From NCBI GenBank assembly GCA_039096225.1, contig JBBPEB010000013.1:1674001-1738000 (forward strand): 64,000 bases of DNA, in the 5' to 3' direction. Below, in pieces: positions 41,201 to 54,600 of the stretch. Source of the DNA: Blastocystis sp. Blastoise. Lineage: Eukaryota > Protista > Bigyra: Opalinata. Position 1 is the first letter of the stretch, and each line of letters opens with the position of its first letter. Position numbers and translations under genes: made by a program. The notes under the pieces were generated by a model. It searched no databases and was not told where the DNA came from. It saw nothing but the letters and a program-made list of their open reading frames with translations.

Positions 41201-44200
41201 GTTTACTAGAATAAGCAATAGATAATTGATATAATAATCTCATTTCTGAATTTGTTAAAGATAAAAGAGATGGGGATTTATCAATACATTCAATAGAAGT
41301 CACAAATGTACTTTGTAATTGTAAATAACTTTTATTAGTATATGAATCTACATAATAAGAACGTTGAATAATACCTGATAAATTTAAACCAAGTGATTTC
41401 TCTAGAGACTCACGATCTTCAGGTAAATATTTACATACAATCGTAAGCCATAAAGCAGCTTCTACAGGAATAGAATAATTCATGTGCCTAGATTGATCTA
41501 TTAAGCATTTTCCTTTTAAAACATCACGTAATGAGAAATTGACACGTGTCTGAGAACTACTATAAATAGCATTAGCAATCAGTGCCTTTATACGTGTGTC
41601 TAAATTCTTCTTATAGGATTCTGTACGACTAAAAGATTTATCAGATCTTTTATCACTTAAAACACATTCATAAAGAATAATAGTACTTATTCTTGTCAAT
41701 TCAAATACTTTAAATTCTATATTACGGAAATAAAAACTCTTATCAATAATAGATTTAGGTAAAACACCACGACTATTCGACATAACAGCAGGATTCTCAC
41801 AGATAACTATCAATAATCGTGGTAATTTATTAATGACTCTATCTCCTGGGATATAAAAACTACCTCTTTTACTAGCTTGTGTAATTAAAGTAGATATAGT
41901 ATCTAATAATTCAGGAGAAGCAAGATTTAATTCATCTAATAATAATCCTATTGTATATTCACCTTTATATAATGCATATTTCTTATCATTATTCTTATAT
42001 TTATCAATAACATTTGAATCATTAGGATCAAAAATATAACTACCTTTATCATCCATAACTCTATATTTATCTTCACCTTTTAATAAGAAACTTAATTCAC
42101 TATCTTTAAATTGAATACCACCATTAGAAGTAGGAGATACAGAACCAAATACATTTCCAATATCTATACTTTGAGCAAAATTCTGACGAATATAAGGAAT
42201 ATTTAATAATTCAAATATACGAATAGCTAAATAGGACTTACCAATATCTGGTGCTCCTTCTAATATAATTGGATAATAATCAATATCTGATTTATTCGGT
42301 TTAGGATCTCCTGTATTCTTTGTTAATAAAATAGATATTAATATATGTAAAGTAGTAAGAGATTCTGTTAATGGCTGAAAACCAGAAAGTATTTTTATTT
42401 TTTGAATTGTTTGGATACAAATACCAGAACCATTTCTAAAGACTTTTTCTAAATATTTAGTTGGGTTTTCATCGGATTTAATATCCTCTGAATAAGTAAA
42501 TAATTTTATAATAGAATCACTACATTGACATGATTTCATTAATTGAATACGTTCTTCTTTTGTCCCTGAAATATATTTTAAATAGAAATAAGCATCTTGA
42601 TAAGAATTCTTAAAGAATGGAGCAAGAGCATCAATTTTCTTTAAGAATATTAAAGATTCTTTTGCAAATATAGAATCAACTTGAGAGATCCACGGAATAA
42701 TCTTCATCTTTTCAGATAAATTATAATCAGAACAAGGTAAATAAATAAAATAATTACGAAGAGCAGTTTTAGTAAAGTTTTCTTCTTCAACAGTAGCAAC
42801 AAATCGACAATTCTGAAGATTTACTTGATATCCACTATCAGATTCATGTAATAAGAAAGAATAGCCACTTAAATAACTATCAAATAAAGAACTTAATCGA
42901 GGAATAACATTATCATTCAATAATTCAAAATGCTTTAATAATAAAGCTTTCTCTTTAAATATACCTAAAGTAATTTGACCAGGTTTAAAAATCATACTTG
43001 TATCTGATTTTTCTGATAAACATCGTTCAATATCGTTAATCCATTCTTTTAATGCTATATACTTATCATCTCCTGAATGAATATCAATATTTAATTTTGT
43101 AATTTCTGCTTTTATTCTTTCATATAATGATTGAATATCTGTCTTACTACAAACAGTAGATAATCCAGTTAAATAATCACATTCTAAAGATCTTGATAAT
43201 TCAATAGTATCCATATTATTCTGTAGTATATCTATAAATTGATCTTTTGATTCAGATCCACCAATAAGAATAGGAGGAATTGTACTTAAACTTTGAAGAA
43301 TAAGGAGACGGAATAAAGAAGAAATACACCAATGACAAGTAGATAAATTAATACTATCAGGATAGTATACTTGTAAAATAGAATTTGTTATTGTATTTTG
43401 TTTTGTTCCTTGAACAATTTCATAATTTACAAATTTCTTAATTTTATCTTTCATTTTTTCAATTTCAATATCTGAAGGTTTATAATCATCATTATGTGTT
43501 TTTAAACAATGAGTAGCAATAGCAATTAAAAATGGAGAATTCATATGTAGAAAAGAAGAAGGTTGATATAAACATACGATACCAGCCATATATTCATTAG
43601 ATTGATCAAAAGAGACATTACGACAATAACGTTGATAGATTTCATAATATATTAACAACTGTTGAATGGAAATAGATTCATAACGATATAATCGACATAA
43701 AAGAGGATGATGAAGAATTAATTCTATTTCTGATTGTGTATATAAATCTACATATACTCTTTGAATATAAGAAGGTAAATCATGATGAATCTTATTTTGT
43801 TGATAAGATTTAAATACATATATTAATCTGAAATTACTAGAAATATGATATTCTTTACCTAAATAAACAACAGATGTTGCTAAAGGATCAATAAATTGTT
43901 GAATAGATTCAATTAATTCTTCAGATAAATAATGAGCATTCTCTAATATTAATATAGTTCCTTTTTCTAAAGCTTCTAATAAAGGTCCTCGTTTAAATCC
44001 TGTACCTTGAGAAACTGATTCTTTTGAAGAACTTGAAGAAAATGTATAACTACCTATTAATTGACTTATATCTGTATCTGGAGTTAAGAAAACTGTTTTA
44101 TAACGTTTTATTAATCCAGTATTCTTTAGTACATTCAAAAGAAGATGTGTTTTACCTGTAGATTCTAATCCAATTAAACTAGTTGTTCTATGTTCACAAA

Positions 44201-47200
44201 TAGAACTAAATAATTCATTACATTTATCACAACGAGTAGAAGGAATATATTGATCTAATATTGATAAATGTTTACCTTCTGAAGTACAATAATCTTTAAT
44301 TAATTGTACTTTCTGTTCAAATGATAATTCACACATTTCATATATGAAATCTAAACTAATATAATATTTCTTCTTATTAAAAAAGTTAGATTGAGAATCG
44401 ATGAATTGTTTCATATTTATATATAAATTCTTTTCATTTTCATCATTTATATTCTGAATTACACTTGTAGAAATCTTATTAAAATAATCTTTTGGCTCTT
44501 TATATAATTTATAACATTTTTCATTAAGCATATCATCACTAATACGTAAATGTATATATCGGTTATTAAGAGCAGGAGAGAAATGATTAAGATCATTAAC
44601 AGAACAAGTAGCAATAATACGGAATAATGGATCTACAATAAGATCTCCATTACATTGTCGTTCATCAAAACGAACACTAATAGGCTCAATATTATTATTA
44701 CTAGCATCTAATGTATGATATTCTACTTCTAATAAATTATTTAATCTTTCAAGAGAATTAGAATTCATTAATCCTATATTTTGTATAACACATATATTAC
44801 CTTCATCAGCAGCTTTTAATAATTCTGAATCTACCCATTGAGGTATATATTCATGACTCTTAATATCTTCTTCTAATTTAGAAGAACCTATTAAATTCTC
44901 AGCTGTAATACCTTTAGAACAATATAAAGTTCTATATACACTAGAATAATGTAATTTAATACCATTCTTCTTTTTATTGATTTGACCATATATTTGTTGA
45001 CGATGATATAAGAATGCATATACATATTTACGAGCAACATATTCATCAGAAGCACATACTATTACATGACTACCACTATTTAAAGCAATATCTAATTGTT
45101 TACCTATATATTGGAATACAATAGGATCTAAAGGTTCACCAGGATAATCTAAGCCTCTTTCAGCATCACTGAATCCATCTGAATTCTTTGATCTTGTAGA
45201 TTGATCGTTTTGAAGAAGTTGTTCCATTAATTGTTTACGATTAAATCCTTGTGTATAATGAGTATTATATACTATTGGCCATATATCTTGAGAATTTTCT
45301 TTTAATCTCATCATAGAAATAGCTCTATTAGCATCTCGAATAGTATAATACTTATTAATAATTCGTTTTCCAGTATCAAGAACAGCTTCATTATGTATTT
45401 GTAATAATTGACTTTCAAATTCATCATTTCCAATATTCTTTTTCTCAATAAATTGTTGAATTTCTTTTGGAGATATAGGAGGAAATAATTCTTCATTTAA
45501 TACTCTGAAGTAATCACGAATATCTGTATTTAAACTATCTCTTTTATATTCAGATCCAGCAGGATTTTGCGTAGCTATAATACGGAAATAAGGATTCATT
45601 TCTCTTATTTCATATTGTTCCATATTATCAATAAAGATTTGTTTAGAATCTAAGAAAGATAAGATTGATTGAACAATAGATTGAGGAGCTAAAGATAATT
45701 CATCTAATAATAATATACCACCATGAATAAATGCTTCTGTGAATGCACCAGATTTAAAGACAAAAGTACTATGTTTATTATTTGTTTGTAAAGTAATATC
45801 ACCAATTAAATCTCCAGGAGAAGAAGTTTGAGAGAAATTATAACGAATAACACGAATACCACTTCTTTTACTTACATATTCTACACTATAAGTTTTACCA
45901 CTAGATGTTTCTCCTTCAATTAATAATGGAATATTATGTTGAATAGCTTGTTCAATATGATAAACACGTTGTTCAGCTTCAGGAGTTGAAATAAATGTAT
46001 TCTTTCGACTCATAAGATTAATAGATCGATAAGGATATATAGTATAAGAGTGATTATTTATAATGTAATTTAATGTATTCTCTATGGAATGAACAATCAC
46101 ATAATCAGCAGTAATTCTTAATCTACCTACTCCTTCTATAAATATACTTAATCCTTTATAATGAGGTTCTTTCTTTCCATTTTCATCACTAGTATAATGA
46201 ACAGGATTGTTAGGACGAATACAGAAGAAATTAATAGTTTTATTATTTAGATAATTCATATCTGATTCTATATTTTTAAGTAAAGGAAGATAGAAATAAA
46301 CTTCATTTTCAGTTGATTGATAACTAAAATTAACATAATCACCAAGAGATAATGTATCTAATCCATTATATAAAGCACAAGGAAGAGATAGAATAGAAGT
46401 ACGTTTATCATTATTTTGAGTTGATGGTTCTTCATGTAATGTGTGTAATATAAGGTTATTAGGAGTAATAAGTGCAGGAGATTGAGTATTTAAATCAAAA
46501 GCAAGATAGCAAGGTGCATAAGGGGTATATCCATAAGGAGAAGGAGGATTCACTTTAGTAGAGAAATAAGAAGAAGGATCTGCAGGACGATGAGGTATAG
46601 TGTTATCTATATATATAGATATATAATGAGTAATAATTTGAATAATAAAAATTATATAACATTAATTAATTATATATATATTTATATATACGAAGTTTAT
46701 ATTCTTGATCTTCAAAAGATTCAAGATAAGATTCATCATATATTAATTTATTTCCATTAAACTATATAGATAATATATAATATTATATATATATTTATAG
46801 AGAATAAATATACTGAGAAACGTTGTAGTTCTTCAGGAGTAGCATGATCATTAATATATCCTTTATATAAATAAGCAAAGAATCGCGGATATTCTTGGCT
46901 TTTCATATCCAGTTCTTTACAATTAATAGAAAAACTCTGTAATGATATAAGTTTAGTATAAAGTTCAGGAAGACGGAAAAACTCACATAATTCATCCTTA
47001 TAACAAGATACTATATATTATATATATAGGTATATATAGAGATATATATACCTTTTAGACACATTTTAGAAGGAGTAATAACTAAAGTATTATCTTTATA
47101 GAAACAAGTATATTCAAGACTATTCGTAGAACGATCTATATATATATATATATTATATTTATATTTATTTTCTTTATTTTTTGTTACATTTGTTACATTT

Positions 47201-47366
47201 GTTATATTTAATATATTTATTATGTTTATTATGTTTATTATATTTATATTTATTATATTTATATACTATCTACAATAATTTCTGTGACTGTAGAAAGGCA
47301 GTCCTCTTGAAATAATGAAATATCATTAAACATTTTAGGAGCACGAGGAAGATGAACTATATAATG

Positions 47367-47408
<42 letters not shown>

Positions 47409-49666
47409 TATATATACATAATAGACGAGGATGTATAATATTATTAATCCATTCAGAATATTGTTCATTAGATAATAATTTAATATCATTCAGAAAACTA
47501 AAATCTTCAGGAATATCTATAGAATTAATGTTATATATATATATATAAAGCTATGAAAAAATAAAACATCTAATGTATATATAACAATATATATTTTAAT
47601 AAAAATTCTTTTATATAAATCTAATAGCAAATATATCTACAGTAAAAACAAGGAAAATAAAAAGATAAATAAATCCTTTAGAGAAAAATAATCTAAATAA
47701 AATATATATACTGAATCCCATATCTAATTGTGGATTTCTAAAAACATATGGAAAATTGAAGTTATACTATATACACAATGTAATTCAATAAATATGTACT
47801 ATAATTATGTATATATAATATATATATTTATATATATATACGTTAAGAATAGCAATATCTAGTCTCTGAATATGTTTTTGTTTTGCGTAATTAAGATCTT
47901 CATGAGTAAGTATCTTATTATGATAGATAACATAGATACTCTCACCATATTTTCTCTAGAAATTAAAAAAATCAAATATTATATATATATATATATATAT
48001 ACAATTAAGAAGTCCATAAAGGGTTTATACGTAGTCATCTTTGCAGAATTATGGTATACAAGAGTGTCACGTGTATTTAAATTAAGAGCGTAAATATCTA
48101 CAGTAGAAATACTCTATATATATATATATATATATATATATTCACTAATATACATAAATATATATATATATACATATATATAATTATTAAAAGTTTGTTT
48201 TAAATAGTTTGTCTTTTTCCTATATATATGTGGTATTAGTAAGAAGGAATAATAAATAGTAATATATATATATACTCAACTTCAGCCCTGAATTCATTCG
48301 CTATATATATATATATCATATTAGTGTGACAAAACAAATAAATAGAAAAAAAACATAAAAAATATATAATATATATAATATAAAAAATATAAATACAGTT
48401 GATATCTACTTTACGTTCAAAAACAAGACTATTATACCAAAGATGAGTTGTAACATTATTCATTGGATAAATACTATCTAAAGCTTCTTGAATAGTTTCT
48501 TTAGTATATTTCTTTAATAACAATTCATATTGACTATCTAAAGAGGATAAATCGACTATAGTACATAATTTAATTAATTCATTTTGAAGGATTTCTAAAA
48601 TAGACAAATTTTCCATGGATTTCAGATATAAATCAGGAATATATTGCGGTATATGATCTTTTAAACCATGTAAAACACCTTTATTTATATCATTCGTATC
48701 TACAGAATTACTTAATGGAGCTATATATATAGTATAACTAATATATATATAAGTATAATTAATATATATATAGGATTATTAATATATATATATATATATA
48801 TATCTGCATAATTAATATATATATATAATTAATTAATATATATATATATCTGCATAATTAATATATATATATAATTAATTAATATATATATATATCTGCA
48901 TAATTAATATATATATATAATTAATTAATATATATATATATACATATAATTGGATGTAGAGGATGAGGAGAAGTTTCTTTCATCTATATATATATATATA
49001 TATATATATATAATGCTAAGTAAATACAGAAAAATAATATTATAAATAAAAAAAATAATCGTGAATATACCTTAAAAAGTAAAACAAATATAATAGGTAT
49101 AGGATTCTGTGGAATATATTTATTATTTTCAACTAAGTAATTAATCCATAATGACTGAATAATATATCCTGATCCATAAGCCCAAGGAAGGCTAGAAATC
49201 TATAATAAATATGAAATATAAATTTAAAAACAACTTTTTTTTTAGAAAACAATAAAAATTAAATTCAACTAGAATTATTATTATATACCCATTGTTTATC
49301 AGGTTGACTTTGTTTTGACATTGATTTCATTGGATAAAGTTCTTGAATTTGAGTATTCATCTTTAAAAAAGCATCTTGACTAGTATCTAAAGCAATATAA
49401 ATCGGTTCTTTTAAATGCATCAATTCCTCCATAGTAGAGGCGTTGTTGATCGACGGTGAGCCATGTACAAATACATTATAACCTATATGAAAAAGCTCAG
49501 GATCCCATTTCTATAAATAAATTCATAGATCTATCGATGAGTAAATTACCATGTATCTCGAGAGGAACACAGTAGCTGTTTCATTGTAAACAACGTTGGT
49601 TAATGCATATTCATATTGGGTTGTTTCACAGTTACACGTAAATTGGTATGCAACTTGAGGATTCAT
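32262..49666 (-). CDS. Giant (~5,350 aa) midasin/MoxR-like six-module AAA+ protein with three C-terminal vWA-like domains and possible N-terminal ubiquitin-like domains
   Basis: The 4763-aa ORF has Walker A motifs GETSSGKT, GLESTGKT, GAPDIGKS and GPSPSGKT, Walker B motifs LLLDELSLA and LLLDELNLA, and midasin-type F.RGPLL.A.EKG, LERLNSLLE and FRIIATQNP motifs. vWA-like motifs include SIIIDCKCS...FVFTDG...IGIGIG. About 15 GT-AG introns between 46607 and 49549 extend the frame to an ATG at 49666. Confidence 0.8.
47368..47406. repeat. (TAA)n intronic microsatellite
   Basis: Direct reading; it lies in the intron at ~47357-47417. Confidence 0.9.
48803..48940. repeat. Intronic minisatellite, 3 x 46 nt
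   Basis: TCTGCA recurs at 48803, 48849 and 48895, each followed by TAATTAA(TA)nATTAATTAA(TA)n. Confidence 0.9.
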
Positions 49667-51673
49667 TCACACACAAAATAATGCACACTAAAAAATTACG
49701 TGATTTTTTATTACTTTAGATTTTTTAAAAAAAGTAGTTATTCTAGTAGGATACAAACAACTGAAAATTTGGATTTTTTTTTCTTATGAGTAGTGTTTTT
49801 TCTAAAACCCATGAAAGAATTTAACAAGTTTTAAAACTTGGGAAAGATTTTTTACTTTATATTCATCGTTAATGTGATATATGCAGTTGATTTGAATTGA
49901 TATTCATATATTGCAATCGTTTTTGTACTCTTATAAATAATTCTCATTATGTATATATCAACCAGTACGATAAATGCATTCATTTTATGAACTTGTACCA
50001 TGTATTTTCATTATTTTCATTACGATAGAATATATGCTATTGATGCGCTTATGAAAAAGTAAAAAAGATGTTAAAAATACTAATATAATAAATGTGTTCA
50101 GAATATTAGTGACGGTTTATCACCTATGTACATGTTCATTTTTTTTTAATTCATATTTTGTATATGGTGTATGTAGAAATTCTTAATAATACATATATTT
50201 GTGAAAACACTTTACGTTATTCTTTTAAAATGATGACAAAATATTATATTACGCTCTTTTACATTTAAAACACATAGATTTATTGATTAGAGCACTATTC
50301 ACAGTTTAAAAAAAATAAATTGTCTAAAGAGAGTAATCGAAGACCTGTTACTTAATTATATTTCTTCAAGTATGATTAGATAATCATATGTATAGCACGA
50401 AAATATTAATATTATTGAATAATATGTAACTTCATCTGAATATGATCTAATTTATATTATAAAAATAGAATCAATATCACACAAACATATTCGCCTATTG
50501 CTTTCGAAGTCATAAATTCGTGAATCCAATGATCTAGAAGCTTTATTCGCGATGAAAAGTAAATTTATTAATCAAAAACTTATTGTTATCAGCAAATTCT
50601 TTCTTTAATATAAATCTATCATATATTTATTTATATAAAAGAACATCTTAATTGCTTATATGCCATTTAAATAAAGATATATAACAAAATAAAAAAAGTG
50701 AAAAAATGGCTTTTTTTAGAAATTAAAACTAATTAAGAAATTATTTCTTTGAAAATTATTAAAAAATAGGGAAGTTTCGTATTCTTTTCATGATTATTTT
50801 TATGGAAACATTTTCAGATAAATTTCATCCAGATTGTTTTTATAAAACGATAAATGATCAATTTCACACTTTTTATATCTGATTTTCGATCATTCACATG
50901 AGATAAATTTAATATATATTCTTCACTATGCTTTAGATATTATTATGTTATATTATTACTGGTATCATTCTGGTTACAACACCAAAATAAATTAATTTGT
51001 GGTTATATTTGTTTTATTTCTCTCAGAAAAGAAATGTGGTGTTTAAAAGTATATGCTGAGCGATATTATTGGTTATACTATTTGAAGTAATAAATGATTT
51101 ATTATATAAATTCTCAAAATCATATAGAAAAAAGATAATGAAATAATGTTATATAAAGATAATCATATATCTACTGGTAATAAAGTATGTTGGCTTTATG
51201 ATGTATGTTTATTTACAAAAAAAAACAGTATATATCTAATTATTTTCTTAATAGAATTCATATAATAAATCTTATGAATGATACAAAGTTTATAAAATAA
51301 GAAGATTTAACAAAACAAAGATATAAAAACAATAATAAAAATAGTATAAAATACATATTTACTTTGATTCAAATAGAATATTTTAAATGTACACAAAAAT
51401 GATTATATATTGAAATTAATTAAATAAGTATCTTTTAAATAATTTCAATATATAAAATTAATTAATTATTTTGATACAACAATTATTAGTAATATAAATA
51501 AATGTTATATCAAAAAAAAATTATATATATAAAATAGATGTATATAACTAGAGATACACACATATATAATAATAATATAAACAATGATAGGAATAGAGAG
51601 AAAACAATACATATAATAATATAAATATAATATTTATTAAAAAGAATATATATTTACAAAAATAAAAATAGAT

Positions 51674-54600
51674 TTATATCATTTTTATTTGCATTTGAAT
51701 AGATGAGAAATGGAATGGAATATGATTATGTAATTTTTGATTTAATAGAATAGTATTAAGATAATTATTAACAGTATCTGCATTCACAATAATTTCTTCA
51801 GGGAAAGAAATAGAATAACTTAATAGAAGAATACCTTTATCATTTGGTGTTGATTGTATATTAACGATAATAAGTTGATTAATAGGAATAATAATAGATG
51901 ACATAATAGATCTATAGAGAGTAATAAGTGTATTTGGATTCAATCGACTACCTTGAATTTCATTAAATATTATTTCTAATATATATTTAGGATTAGGAAC
52001 AATATCATAAGATCTAACTGGATTAATAATATAATCTAATTTATATTGTGAACAGAAATATATTTCAGAATGATAATATCCATTATCATTAGTAATAGTA
52101 GAATCATAATAATTCAAAGGAATACTTTTATTACTATCAAATGGATTTATACAATAGCCAATAGAATCAGTAATAAAAGGTTGTTTATTAATAAGAGATG
52201 AAGATTCAATAATAGAAGAAGAAGTAGAAGTAATAATAATATCTGTAATAAAAGACTCATGATGAGATGAAGAGGAAGCAATATATGAATTCATATTTGA
52301 ACCATAATAAACATGAAGACGAAGAGATTTTGAAGACTATATAAATAAATTTATAAATATATTTCTTTAAGAAAAAATATAAATTTATAAATATATTTTA
52401 TGATATAAATAAATAAATTTTTAATATATTTTATGATATAAAAAAATAAATTCATAAATATATTTCTTTATATAAATAAATAAATAGAAAAAAAAGTATA
52501 AAGAAAAATATAACATGAATATGAAATATTCACAAATTTATAACAATTTCAAAAAAATATATATCTATAATAAAAAATACGTTATATATATATTTAATAA
52601 TATATTGTAAATAAATAATATAACTATATATATATATACAGTAGATTCAGAGCTATAACTAGTAGTAAGAAGAAGATCCGTTAATTTATAAGCATGTGTA
52701 TGTATAAAAGAGCGAGCCATTGTTACTAATAAACTATATATATCATCAACTATGGTATTCAATTCAAATGAGAATTCTAAGACTTCTAAACCTTTACCTA
52801 TTTCAGGAACAGGTCTTATATCTATATATATAATTATTATAATCATGTTATTATATATATTATATATATATATTGAATATAAATAAATATGAAGATCATT
52901 AATTTTAATAATTCAAAAATAACAACATTTATATGCTAAACAAATATAAAAATATAAAGATTATTATTTTCAATCATACAAAAAACAATATATAATAATA
53001 ATATATAAAAATAATAATAACAATATTAAAAATTAAACTAAAATAAATATCATTAATATCTATATACAACAAAGATCTTTATTGATTTCATTAGACCATA
53101 ATGGAGTATTTTCTATATAATTACAAGATACATGATAAAAACCATATTGATTTTCATTAGTACAATTCACTGCAGCTACTTTATTAATTTCAGTTTCAGG
53201 ATAATCATAAGAATTCACAGTAGTAGCAGGACAAGTAATAATAATAGGAATACATATATTATTCTCTACATATTCATTTTCACCACAAGGAATACAATCA
53301 ATATTTATACCCTCTGACGTTATTATAATACCATTAATACATTCTTTACAATGAGTACCATTATTATAAGTATTTCCTGTGCATGTAAGAATTTCAATAA
53401 AAACACATTCATCTGTCTTTTCTTCTTCCCATTGTTTAAATTCATTACAATACCGTTTCTTTATTCCTTCATAACCTATAGGACAAGATACAGTAGCATT
53501 AGTAAATGGTTCAGTTTCTGGCCATTCCCCATCAGCAGCACACGTTGTTCCTTCGATTGTTATTGATATCGTAAAACTAATTTGTATATTTTCTTTATTT
53601 CTATATGATAAAGTATATACAGTAGTAGGAGAAACAATTGTAGGTGTTCCATAAAGTCTTTGATAAGTAGTATCTAATAATATACCATCAGGAAGAGAAG
53701 GAGTAATAGTAATATCAGCATCAACAGCATCCATAGTATAATATTGTTCATAATCTTGTCCTTTAGTCAAAATAATATTCGTATCTTTTATATAGAATTC
53801 TGAAGGATTCTCTTTTATACATATATCATCACCTATAGCATCTTCGAAATATCTACCTTTACATAAACGTTTTAAATTACTTTTATATCCTTTAGGACAT
53901 ATTTTATAAGAATACTCATTATTTAATGCTAAATTCCATCCTTCTAAATAACAATATATTCTATGTTCTTGAGAATATATATGTAATTCATTTAACATAA
54001 CATATTGATGACCTTCTTCTATAGGATAATCTAGATCTTGAGCACATTTTAATATATGTAATCGATAAGAAGTAAATGATTGTAAATTGGATACAATCTC
54101 TTCAAAATCATATCCATAATCATAATGTGTATCTTTATCATCTATAACAACCCATGTTTTCCAATTATCATTAGAAGCTTCTATTCGAAAAGAAATAGGT
54201 CTATAATTTATACTTAAATCATTTCGACTTGATATATAATAAGAATCAAAAGGAACCATTATAGTATTATTAGTAAATGTATATGTAATTAGAGTATCCT
54301 TGCATTCATGAGGAATAGAAACATAAGTATCATCGTGATTATCAAATAAATAATTGAAATCATACATATGAGTCATATCAGCATTAACAGTCCATTCACC
54401 ATCTAACATCAAAGACTCTGTATCAAAAAAATTTATAGTTATATTAAATCCATGATTTGGTTGAATAATAGTATTATATTTATGTATTTCTATAGCTATA
54501 ATATTATCACCTATAATATATAATTTAGAATCCATAATAAATGTAACAACAGAAATAAATGGTATATATTCATTATATTCTTGAGTAGCTAATGTATTAT

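Noticed and set aside
32262-46553. Calling the giant ORF MDN1/REA1 or dynein
   Set aside because: It lacks the long D/E tract and an intact MIDAS, has extra domains, and shows no dynein stalk or tail motifs. I left the gene symbol blank.
48803-48940. Regularly spaced repeats as a CRISPR-like array
   Set aside because: The units are identical with no unique spacers, sit inside an intron, and have no cas genes nearby.
49090-49199. PWAYGSGYII resembling a GT31 glycosyltransferase motif
   Set aside because: A short match only, with no supporting DxD or EDV context; the exon splices in frame into the giant ATPase gene.
49900-51200. Intergenic stretch with few (AT)n tracts and more CpG, a possible decayed transposon
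   Set aside because: I could see no ORF, terminal repeats or recognisable transposase motif. It would need a tBLASTx or repeat-library search.
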